Positions 54,484-61,612 of a stretch of 61,612 bases of DNA are shown in pieces. The stretch comes from Candidatus Limnocylindrales bacterium (lineage in GTDB: Bacteria > Chloroflexota > Limnocylindria > Limnocylindrales > CSP1-4): positions 1-61,612 of the forward strand of contig JBBJNS010000001.1 in assembly GCA_037720745.1 (NCBI GenBank), read 5' to 3'. Below the pieces are notes generated by a model. It did not search any database. It had not been told where the DNA came from and was given only the letters and a program-made list of their open reading frames with translations. Every line of letters begins with the position of its first letter. Positions within the stretch are counted from its first letter, which is position 1. Position numbers and translations under genes: made by a program.

Positions 54484-55365
54484 TCAGGGCTGGCTGGCCA
54501 CGGTCAGGTTGCCGTTCGAGGTGTCGGCGCGGATGCGGACGTCGGGATGGTCGTCGTCCGTGCTCGTGCCCGCCAGCGAGTCATCGCCCACGGTGAGCTC
54601 GGAGAAGTTGCTCGAAACACTGGCGTTCGAGGTCTGACCATCGATGGAGAACTCCGCATCGGCGGGCAGCATCAGCGCCAGCGACGCGTTCGAGGTCCGG
54701 AAGAGGTGATCGCCCGGATCGAGCGTCCCGCTGAAGCCGAGCGAGCCGTTGGAGGTCTCGGCCCTGACCACGGCGTTCTCCGCGGACACGATATCCAACG
54801 CGCCGTTGGAGGTGCGCAGATCGAGGCGCCCGCTCGACTCGGCAACGGTCAGCGGCCCGTTCGAGGTCTCGGCGTCGACGCCAGTGGCGTCGCGGATGGT
54901 CACGCCCCCGTTGGAGCTGCGGGCGATGACGGAACCGGTCACGTTGGCCGACTCGATGCGCCCGTTGGAGGTTCGCAGCTCCAGCGATGAATCGAGGGGC
55001 ACGGAGAGCTCGACATCCGCGCCGCTGTTGCCCAGGCTGAGGGCATCGTCGGTCCGCCGCACGGCAACGGTCACGCGGGTCCCTTCTCGGAAGATGGTCA
55101 GCTCCACACGCGACAGGTCTCGCTCGGCTTCGCCCTGGCTTCGGCCTGATCCGCGCTTCACGACGCGAGCCTCGATGGTCGTCTCGCCGCCGGTGATGAC
55201 GCTGATGCGGCCGTTGAAGGTCTCGACCAGGATCCTGGAGCCGTTCTCCACCTCCACCGATTCCTCGACCACCTCGTTGGCCACTACGGTCCCGGTCATG
55301 TTGCAGCCGGCCGAGGCCAGAGACAGGGCTAGCAACGCGGTCAGCAGGCTGAGGGGAGTCTTCAC
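54484..55365 (-). CDS. DUF4097-type beta-strand-repeat protein, probable lipoprotein
   Basis: Repeated xTSNGxLxV units (ETSNGPLTV, RTSNGALDI, ETSNGSLGF, RTSNASLAL, DTSNGNLTV, RTSNGRIES). The signal peptide VKTPLSLLTALLALSLASAGC is lipobox-like. GTG 55365 overlaps the upstream stop (GTGA). An alternative start is ATG 55395. Confidence 0.7.
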   Translation of the reverse strand: MKTPLSLLTALLALSLASAGCNMTGTVVANEVVEESVEVENGSRILVETFNGRISVITGGETTIEARVVKRGSGRSQGEAERDLSRVELTIFREGTRVTVAVRRTDDALSLGNSGADVELSVPLDSSLELRTSNGRIESANVTGSVIARSSNGGVTIRDATGVDAETSNGPLTVAESSGRLDLRTSNGALDIVSAENAVVRAETSNGSLGFSGTLDPGDHLFRTSNASLALMLPADAEFSIDGQTSNASVSSNFSELTVGDDSLAGTSTDDDHPDVRIRADTSNGNLTVASQP

Positions 55366-57020
55366 GCTGCGTCTCGTGACGGCATTCCGCGCCATGCCGG
55401 GCGTCGCCGCCGGTCGGCCAGCACCTCGCGCGCCGCGTTCTGCCCGGGCCAGCCGGTCACGCCGCCGCCGGGGTGAGCGCCCGATGCACACAGGTAAAGG
55501 CCATCGACCGGCAGCCGGTAACTGGCGAAGCCGAGCAAGGGGCGCCAGGCGAACCACTGATCCAAGGCTGGCTCGCCATGCAGCGGATGCCCCTCGGTCA
55601 GGCCGTGATCCCGCTCCAGGTCGAGGGGGGTGAGCACCTGACGCGCCACCACTTGCCCGCCGATCCCCCGCGCGACCGTCTCCAGCTCGGCCGTGACGCG
55701 ATCGCCCAACGCCTCGCGATCGGCGTCCCAGTCACCCACGCGACGGTGGTACGGCGTGCCCTGAACCAGCACGCTCATGACGTGTCGCGCCGGCGCGGAC
55801 CCATCGACCAGCGTGGGATCGACCAGCGACGGGATGGTCGCCTCCAGCACCGGATGCTCAGCGATGCGCCCGGCCTTGACCGCGTCGGCGGCACGGTCGA
55901 TGGCAGCCACGGAAGGAGCGAGCACGATGCGACCGCGCAGCCGGCGCCTCGCGTCGTCCTGGTCGGCAAGCCCCTCGAAGGCGGGCAGGTCGGACAGGGC
56001 CAGGTTCACCTTGGCCACCGAGCCCTTGAGTCGAAGGTTGCCCGCCTGCCAGCCCAGATGGGGGCCCAGCAAGGCGGGATCGAGCAGGCTCAGAAGCGTG
56101 TGCTTGGGGTCGAGCCCGGAGACCACTACGGCCGCCTCGATCTCCTCTCCGTCGGTGAGCACCACCCCGCTGGCTCGGTCGCCGCGCGTCCGCACCGACA
56201 CGACCGTGGCGCCGGTGCGGATGGTCACGCCGGCGGCCGTGGCGGCCGCGGCCAGGGCCCCGGCCAGAGCACCCGGTCCGCCTCGAACGAAGACCGTCTC
56301 ACCGGCCGCCCCCTCGCGAGTGCCCGCCGTGTCGGCCAGGAATGTCTGCGTCGAGCCGGCATCCCGCGGCCCCATCGCTGAGTAGCGCACGCCGCGCCAG
56401 GCCAGCGCCGCCCGCAGCGCATCACTTTCGAACCAGTCGTCGAGGTGATCGGCGATGGGCATGGGCAGGACGCGCAGGAACGCGCGACCATCCTGCGTGC
56501 CGAGCGCGCGGTAGCCGAGGCCCAGCCGCACGGCACCAAGAGCGTCGCTCAGAGCCGGGTGTGAAGGATCCGGTGGCGTGATGGCCATGAGTCGGGCCAG
56601 GAGACCGGAGAGGGCTCGCGTCTGGCGGTCGAATCCTGAGTAGGCTGCGGCATCGTGTGACGATCCGGCGGCGCCCAGCTCAGCGGCCGTGCGCCGGACA
56701 TCTCCCCAGAGCGTGAGCGGCGCCGCATCCGACTGCAGACTCACGCTGCGCACCTCCGGCGCCACCAGTCGCAGCCCATGCGCCGTCAGCCCCAGATCAC
56801 GCACCACCGACGGGCGCAACCGCCCCACGCTGTGCGCCAGAAGCGGCACTCGCACGCCGGGCATGAGCTCTGCCGTGGCGACGGCACCACCGACCTTGTC
56901 GAGCCGCTCCAGGACCAGGGTCTGCAGTCCTCCGCGGGCCATGTACGCGGCGCACACCAACCCGTTGTGGCCGCCGCCGACGACGATCGCGTCGTATCGG
57001 CGGGTCGCCGAGGCACTCAC
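55362..57020 (-). CDS. PYROXD2-like FAD-dependent oxidoreductase (CrtI/phytoene-desaturase superfamily), paralog B
   Basis: Motifs are YDAIVVGGGHNGLVCAAYMARGGLQTLVLERLDKVGGA and the C-terminal LYLCASGAHPGGGVTG. GTG 57020 overlaps the upstream stop (GTGA). Confidence 0.8.
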   Translation of the reverse strand: MSASATRRYDAIVVGGGHNGLVCAAYMARGGLQTLVLERLDKVGGAVATAELMPGVRVPLLAHSVGRLRPSVVRDLGLTAHGLRLVAPEVRSVSLQSDAAPLTLWGDVRRTAAELGAAGSSHDAAAYSGFDRQTRALSGLLARLMAITPPDPSHPALSDALGAVRLGLGYRALGTQDGRAFLRVLPMPIADHLDDWFESDALRAALAWRGVRYSAMGPRDAGSTQTFLADTAGTREGAAGETVFVRGGPGALAGALAAAATAAGVTIRTGATVVSVRTRGDRASGVVLTDGEEIEAAVVVSGLDPKHTLLSLLDPALLGPHLGWQAGNLRLKGSVAKVNLALSDLPAFEGLADQDDARRRLRGRIVLAPSVAAIDRAADAVKAGRIAEHPVLEATIPSLVDPTLVDGSAPARHVMSVLVQGTPYHRRVGDWDADREALGDRVTAELETVARGIGGQVVARQVLTPLDLERDHGLTEGHPLHGEPALDQWFAWRPLLGFASYRLPVDGLYLCASGAHPGGGVTGWPGQNAAREVLADRRRRPAWRGMPSRDAA

Positions 57021-58606
57021 GCGGCCAACCGCCGGGAACGCAGCACCTGGAGCGCCGCGATGCGGCCCGGGGCACCCATGATGCCGCCGCCGGGATGGAC
57101 CGCCGAGCCGCACAGCCACAGGTCGCGGATGGGCGTCCGGAAACGCGCGTGCCCGGGCACGGGCCGATTGAAGAAGAGCTGCTCCAGGCTCAGCTCGCCC
57201 TGGAAGATGTTGCCCTCCGTAAGCGAGAACGTCTGCTCGATGTCGAGCGGCGTGAGCACCTGTCGCCCGACGATGAGGTCGCGGATGTTGGGCGCGCGCT
57301 CGGCGATGACGTCGATGACCGCGTCGCCGAAGGTTTCTCGCTGCGCGTCGTCCCAGCTACCGTCCGCCAGGTGGTAGGGCGCGTACTGCACGAAACAGCT
57401 CATGACGTGCTTGCCGGGCGGGGCCATGGACGGATCGACCAGCGTGGGGATGATCACGTCGGTGTAAGGCCGGCGGCTGAAGCGGCCCTCCTTGGCGTCG
57501 ATGTAGGCGTTTTCCATGTAGTCGATGCTCGGCGAGAAGCTGATGGCCCCACGCAGGTGCTCGCCCGGGCCGGGCAGGCAGGTGAAGTCGGGCAAGCCAT
57601 CGAGGGCCAGGTTGACCTTGCCGGACGAGCCGCGGAATCGGTAGCGTCGGACCTCGTCGGTGAAGGTCGGGTCAAGCGTCTCCGGCTCGAGCATGCGCAG
57701 GAAGGTCTGGTGCGCATCGGCGCTGGAGAGGACGACCTTGGCCTCGATCTCTTCGCCGGACTCCAGCGTCACGCCCGTGGCCCGGCCGTGGCGCACGTTG
57801 ATGCGCGCCACCGGTGCCTCGGTCCGGATGGTGGCGCCGTGGGCCCGCGCGGCCGAGGCGATCGACTCACTCACGCCGCCCGTGCCGCCGCGCGGGATGC
57901 CCCAGGCACGGAAGGCACCGTCGATCTCGCCCATGTAGTGATGCAGCAGGACGTACGCCGTGCCCGGCGAGCGGACTCCCAGGAACGTGCCGATGATCCC
58001 CGACGCGGCCATGGTCGCCTTGAGCGGGTCGGTCTCGAACCACTGATCCAGGAAGTCCGACGAACTCATGGTCATGAGCTGGATGAAGGCTGTCTGCTGT
58101 CGCCGGGGCAGTTTCGAGAAGGTGCGGGCCAGGCCGCCCAGCGGCAGGAGATCGCGCGGGTCGGGGCGGATGGTGTCAGGCGGGACCGCGGAAAGGATGG
58201 GCTTGATGAAGCGCGCCATCTCGACCATGAGCAGGCCGTACTCCTCGTACGCCTCCGCGTCCGTGGCCGACCAGCGCCGGATCTCGCGCATGGTCTGGGC
58301 GTGGTCGTTGGTGCGCCACAGGTAGTCGCCGTCGAGCGGCGTGAAGGTGCCGTCCAGAGGCAGGATCTCCAGGCCGTGTCGCGGCAGCTGGAGGTCGCGG
58401 ATGATCTCCGGGCGCAACAGGCTGACCACGTAGCTGGCCACGCTGAAGCGGAAGCCGGGCACGATCTCCTCCGTGACCGAGGCGCCGCCCAGGACGTGCC
58501 GCCGCTCCAGGACGAGGGTGCTCATCCTGGCCCGTGCGAGGTAGGCGGCACTCACCAGCCCGTTGTGCCCCCCACCGATGACGATCGCGTCCCAGGAACG
58601 CGCCAC
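57017..58606 (-). CDS. PYROXD2-like FAD-dependent oxidoreductase, paralog A
   Basis: Motifs are WDAIVIGGGHNGLVSAAYLARARMSTLVLERRHVLGGASVTEEIVPGFRFSVASYVVSLLRPEI, LDQWFETDPLKATMAASGIIG and LWLCGSAVHPGGGIMG. GTG 58606 is preceded by AAGGAGG. The track ORF extends to 58681. Confidence 0.8.
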   Translation of the reverse strand: MARSWDAIVIGGGHNGLVSAAYLARARMSTLVLERRHVLGGASVTEEIVPGFRFSVASYVVSLLRPEIIRDLQLPRHGLEILPLDGTFTPLDGDYLWRTNDHAQTMREIRRWSATDAEAYEEYGLLMVEMARFIKPILSAVPPDTIRPDPRDLLPLGGLARTFSKLPRRQQTAFIQLMTMSSSDFLDQWFETDPLKATMAASGIIGTFLGVRSPGTAYVLLHHYMGEIDGAFRAWGIPRGGTGGVSESIASAARAHGATIRTEAPVARINVRHGRATGVTLESGEEIEAKVVLSSADAHQTFLRMLEPETLDPTFTDEVRRYRFRGSSGKVNLALDGLPDFTCLPGPGEHLRGAISFSPSIDYMENAYIDAKEGRFSRRPYTDVIIPTLVDPSMAPPGKHVMSCFVQYAPYHLADGSWDDAQRETFGDAVIDVIAERAPNIRDLIVGRQVLTPLDIEQTFSLTEGNIFQGELSLEQLFFNRPVPGHARFRTPIRDLWLCGSAVHPGGGIMGAPGRIAALQVLRSRRLAA

Positions 58607-58719
58607 GACCCCTCCTTGTGCCCATCCGCCAGGGTCCGCCGACGGGCGCCACTCGCCACATTCGGGGCGCACGCGGCGCATCCCTAGACGGCCGCGAGTC
58701 TACGCGACGAAGGCCCCGG

Positions 58720-58818
58720 GGAGCGGGCCGCGATCGGCCGCCGCGCCAGAGGAGCGGGCCGCGACCGGCCGCCGGGCCCGGGGAGCGGGCCGCTACCGGC
58801 CGCCGCGACCGGCCGCCG
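58720..58818. repeat. Three 24-nt direct repeats GGAGCGGGCCGC(G/T)A(T/C)CGGCCGCCG at a 31-bp period, plus a partial fourth copy
   Basis: Copies lie at 58720-58743, 58751-58774 and 58782-58805. A partial copy, cgaccggccgccg, lies at 58806-58818. Each copy contains a GGCCG..CGGCC dyad. Confidence 0.8.
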
Positions 58819-58831
58819 CTCCCGACGTACC

Positions 58832-58929
58832 GCCGAGTTCCCCTCACATTCCCGTGAGGCGGACACTAAGTCGACGGACGGGCCGAGTTGCCTGCAGATT
58901 CCCGTGAGGCGGTCGTTGAGTCGGAGGAC
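58832..58929. repeat. Two imperfect direct repeats of about 48 nt (50-bp period) sharing the exact core ATTCCCGTGAGGCGG
   Basis: 58832-58879 versus 58882-58929 match at about 38 of 48 positions by hand alignment. The cores lie at 58848-58862 and 58898-58912. Confidence 0.75.
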
Positions 58930-59011
58930 TTGCGTTCGATCGCCCGCCGAGGAGCATCGAACGCCCTCCGGCCGGCCCTCCGCTGCCGCGATCCACGCTC
59001 GGATCGAGCGG

Positions 59012-59743
59012 TCAGCGACCCTTCGCGTCCACTCTCACCCGTCGGATCGCTGACGGATTCCGCGTAGCGCCCGCCTCACGGGAAGATGACAGGAACCACA
59101 ACCCGCGCAAAGCTCCCACCGGCGCTCGGAGCCAGCGTCGAACCTCTCTGGATCGGTGCGGCAGCGCGATGTCCAGCACGGCCGCATGTCGCGCGACCTG
59201 TCGCCGGGCACGAGCATTCTCGGGCAGCACCACCATGGAGCAGACCTGCGCCGCACGCCAACCGAAGCGCTCGGCGGCGATCCCGCCGGCCAGCCGCGCC
59301 TTTACGTCGAGCGGCCGGAGCAACCCCTCCACAGACCCAAGCTCCGACTTGATCTCCACCACGAGGAGCGTTCGGCTGGGCGCATGCCAAGCGAGGATGT
59401 CGATGGAGCCACGCTCTCCGTAATGCGCGAAGCTGACCTCCACCTGCGTGTCCCATCCCCAGCCGCGCAGGAGCTTGAGCGTCTGACCACTCAGGCGCGC
59501 ATGACCCTCATCCAGCAGCCGGTCCATGGCCGCGCCTCGCCAGAGCGGCCGGATCTCGACCCGCGCGCCCACCGCCTCGAATACAGCCGTCAGCGTCCCC
59601 ACGGTGATGCCGCTGACATCGCCACCCTCGATCCGTGCCACCGTGGAGCGGCTGACGCCGGCCGGCCGAGCCACGTCTTCCTGGCGCAGCCCGCCCCGAC
59701 GGCGGAGCGCACGAAGCGAGGCACCGATGCGCTGACCGTTCAT
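59012..59743 (-). CDS. XRE-family HTH protein fused to a PD-(D/E)xK nuclease-like domain
   Basis: 243 aa. The HTH reads LRALRRRGGLRQEDVARPAGVSRSTVARIEGG. The C-terminal domain has GSIDILAW...LLVVEIKSEL, a D..ExK pattern. The track fuses it to a spurious 701-aa ORF. Confidence 0.7.
   Translation of the reverse strand: MNGQRIGASLRALRRRGGLRQEDVARPAGVSRSTVARIEGGDVSGITVGTLTAVFEAVGARVEIRPLWRGAAMDRLLDEGHARLSGQTLKLLRGWGWDTQVEVSFAHYGERGSIDILAWHAPSRTLLVVEIKSELGSVEGLLRPLDVKARLAGGIAAERFGWRAAQVCSMVVLPENARARRQVARHAAVLDIALPHRSREVRRWLRAPVGALRGLWFLSSSREAGATRNPSAIRRVRVDAKGR
59071..59084. repeat. Inverted third copy of the TTCCCGTGAGGCGG core, inside the 3' end of the HTH gene
   Basis: Forward ccgcctcacgggaa is the reverse complement of the core found at 58849-58862 and 58899-58912. 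Confidence 0.75.
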
Positions 59744-59862
59744 CGCGCCGTCAGTGTCGCGGCCAACGCTTACCAGCCACTCACCGGCGACTTTGCTCGG
59801 GTGAACCGACGGCGCAGTGCCCTCACAACACCGCCCCACCTCCCAGGGATCGACCGCACCGG

Positions 59863-59868
59863 CATACT
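59863..59868 (+). promoter_or_regulatory. -10-like CATACT, 7 nt upstream of ATG 59876
   Basis: Read directly. Confidence 0.4.
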
Positions 59869-59875
59869 GCCCGCC

Positions 59876-61069
59876 ATGACCGTCGGCAGCCCGCTCGATC
59901 CGCGCACGCTGGCCCTGAACCCCAAGCGCCAGTGGCGTGAATGGGCCGGCTTCTTCGCCGCCAGCGCGTATGCCGCGAGCCATGACATCGAGTACAACGC
60001 TGTGCGCAACGCGGCCGCGCTCTTCGACGTGAGCCCGCTCTTCAAGTACCGGGTGAGCGGCGCGGACGCGGTCGCGCTCATCGACCGGATCATCACCCGC
60101 GACGCGACCAAGATCCGCCCCGGACAGGTCGTTTACACGCCGTGGTGCGACGAGCACGGCAAGGTCGTGGACGACGGCACGGTGGCACGGCTCGACGATG
60201 ACTCTTTCCGCTGGACGGCCGCCGACCCTCAGCTCCGCTGGCTGCGAATGAACGCCCGCGGCCTGGATGTCTCCATCGAGGAGGAGACAGAGCGAGTCGC
60301 CGCCCTGGCGCTCCAGGGTCCCCTCTCGCGCGCCGTCCTGGGGGCCGCCACGGGGGCCGACTGGTCGGACCTGGGCTATTACCGCCGCCGATCCGGGAAG
60401 GTCGGGCGGATCGGCATCGACGTCAGCCGCACCGGCTACACGGGCGACCTCGGCTATGAGCTCTGGGTGGACGCCGCCGAAGCGCTGCCGCTCTGGGACG
60501 CGCTGCTGAAGGCGGGTGCCAGCTACGGCATCCGTCCGGCCGGGTTGCTGGCGCTCGACGTGGCACGTGTCGAGGCCGGGCTGATCCTGCTGGAGGTCGA
60601 CTACACCAGCTCGCGTCACGCCCTGACCCCGGAGCAGAGCTACTCGCCCTACGAGATCGGGCTGGGTCGCCTGGTCGACTTGAGTAAGGAAACCCGGTTC
60701 GTGGGGCGGCGCGCCCTGGAGCGAGAGGTCGACCAGGGCGGCCCGGAGCGACGGCTGGTCGGGCTGGACCTCGACTGGGACGACCTGGAGCGTCTCTACG
60801 CTCGGCAAGGACTTTCGGCCGTACTGTCGCCGACGGCCTGGCGGGAACACGTGCCCGTGTTCGTGGGCGGGCGTCAGGTCGGCCGTGCCACCAGCGGGAC
60901 GTGGAGCCCCGTGCTCAAGAAGAATCTGGCCATCGCCTCGGTGGACGCCGCGCTTGAACCGGCCGGCTCCAAGCTCCAGATGGAATGGACCGTGGAGGGC
61001 CAACGCGGCCGCATCGGTGCCACGGTCGTGCCGCTGCCCTTCTTCGATCCGCCACGCAAGCGCAAGTGA
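59876..61069 (+). CDS. GcvT-family aminomethyltransferase (folate-dependent, DmdA/GcvT-like)
   Basis: 397 aa with motifs DVSPLFKYRVSGADA, ALQGPLSRAVL and SRTGYTGDLGYELW. The track start at 59156 is an antisense extension over the HTH gene. Confidence 0.85.
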   Translation: MTVGSPLDPRTLALNPKRQWREWAGFFAASAYAASHDIEYNAVRNAAALFDVSPLFKYRVSGADAVALIDRIITRDATKIRPGQVVYTPWCDEHGKVVDDGTVARLDDDSFRWTAADPQLRWLRMNARGLDVSIEEETERVAALALQGPLSRAVLGAATGADWSDLGYYRRRSGKVGRIGIDVSRTGYTGDLGYELWVDAAEALPLWDALLKAGASYGIRPAGLLALDVARVEAGLILLEVDYTSSRHALTPEQSYSPYEIGLGRLVDLSKETRFVGRRALEREVDQGGPERRLVGLDLDWDDLERLYARQGLSAVLSPTAWREHVPVFVGGRQVGRATSGTWSPVLKKNLAIASVDAALEPAGSKLQMEWTVEGQRGRIGATVVPLPFFDPPRKRK

Positions 61070-61103
61070 CCATCCCTCTCGACGGCCGGCCCGAAAGGCA
61101 GAC

Positions 61104-61508
61104 ATGACGACCACCACCTATCCACTACGTCTCGGTCCGCGGCAGCGCTGGCTGCTGCTGCCCTTCGGCGTCCGCCCGGGGAACGCGTGGGCCCGACTGG
61201 ATCATGAGCATCTGGACGCCCGCTTCGGCTTCTTCCGCCTTCGGACCAGGCTGGACGACATCGTCCGCTGGGAGATCAGCGGTCCATACCGCTGGTTCAT
61301 GGCGCTGGGCGTCCGGCGGAGCGTCCGCGGCGGCGACGTGACCTTCGGCTCCAGCACGCACGGCGGCGTCCGGGTGGACTTTCGCGAGCCGGTCCGATTC
61401 GCCGGATTCCTCCGGCCACCCGCGCTCTACCTCACCGTGGACGACCTTGAAGGATTCGCCGCGGACCTGGCACGCCGCGGCATCCCGGGCACTGACGCGA
61501 GGCCGTAG
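61104..61508 (+). CDS. Hypothetical protein (134 aa)
   Basis: In-frame ATG 61104 (MTTTTYPLRLGPRQRW..). No motif was recognised. Coding is supported only by ORF length and GC3. Confidence 0.45.
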   Translation: MTTTTYPLRLGPRQRWLLLPFGVRPGNAWARLDHEHLDARFGFFRLRTRLDDIVRWEISGPYRWFMALGVRRSVRGGDVTFGSSTHGGVRVDFREPVRFAGFLRPPALYLTVDDLEGFAADLARRGIPGTDARP

Positions 61509-61571
61509 ACGGTCGTCGGACCCTGCGTGTGACACTGACGCGCACACCACCGGATACCGAGGACGACGTCC

Positions 61572-61612
61572 ATGAGGTTGACCCGGACGAACGTGACACT
61601 GCCCGAGGAGCT
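61572..61612 (+). CDS. Partial ORF, possible CopG/RHH antitoxin N-terminus
   Basis: MRLTRTNVTLPEE.. resembles the typical RHH beta-strand start (TxVTLPEEL). It is preceded by GAGGAC and runs off the window. Confidence 0.3.
   Translation, partial: MRLTRTNVTLPEE

Noticed and set aside
58720-58818. Possible CRISPR array (regularly spaced 24-nt repeats)
   Set aside because: There are only three full copies. The spacers are 7 nt long, the copies are not identical, and there are no cas genes or leader. It fits a binding-site array or simple tandem repeat better.
59012-61117. 701-aa minus-strand ORF, the longest in the track
   Set aside because: Only the C-terminal 243 aa, starting at ATG 59743, form a coherent HTH plus nuclease-like protein. 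The N-terminal 458 aa are antisense to a well-supported GcvT-family gene on the plus strand.

Overview
High-GC bacterial chromosomal window, densely packed with genes and showing no rRNA, tRNA, CRISPR array, transposase or integrase. The gene content resembles Thermomicrobia/Chloroflexota or Actinobacteria, but the taxon cannot be proven from the sequence.

Gene layout, left to right:
- 1-8.1 kb: PolX (partial), a GAF-GGDEF diguanylate cyclase, a soluble MgtE-N/CBS sensor-like protein paired with an Nramp-related transporter that has a non-canonical metal site, an RHH/Fic pair, and an MBL-rhodanese fusion.
- About 8.1-38 kb: a roughly 30 kb cell-envelope glycopolymer locus. It holds a sulfatase-like transferase, two GT-C enzymes, five GT4 and one GT2 glycosyltransferases, a PAPS-type sulfotransferase, gmd/rmd-like genes, UDP-sulfoquinovose synthase (sqdB), a priming phosphoglycosyltransferase, two Wzx-type flippases, two Wzy/O-antigen-ligase-like proteins, an epimerase and three tandem LCP ligases. 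Embedded in it is a module of sn-glycerol-1-phosphate dehydrogenase, cytidylyltransferase and CDP-alcohol phosphotransferase.
- 38.1-48.0 kb: one long minus-strand array in the order ECF sigma, anti-sigma, accD, accA, a lysine-less BCCP-like gene, accC, fabZ, a metallophosphoesterase, fabF, accB, fabH, fabG.
- 48-54.4 kb: birA, thrB, thrC, trpS, an AI-2E transporter and surE.
- 54.5-61.6 kb: a DUF4097 lipoprotein, two PYROXD2-like flavoproteins, a repeat-rich gap, an HTH/PD-(D/E)xK protein, a GcvT-like aminomethyltransferase and small ORFs.

Recurrent sequence-level themes:
- TAnnnT -10-like hexamers sit 5-9 nt upstream of the start codons of operon-leading genes, which suggests leaderless mRNAs.
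- Genes inside operons overlap by 1-4 nt at their stop/start junctions.
- Convergent genes overlap at their 3' ends with no room for a terminator.
- Several perfect short tandem duplications occur.

Many long ORFs in the six-frame track are antisense or out-of-frame shadows typical of high-GC DNA. Coordinates that I indexed by hand may be off by 1-2 nt.
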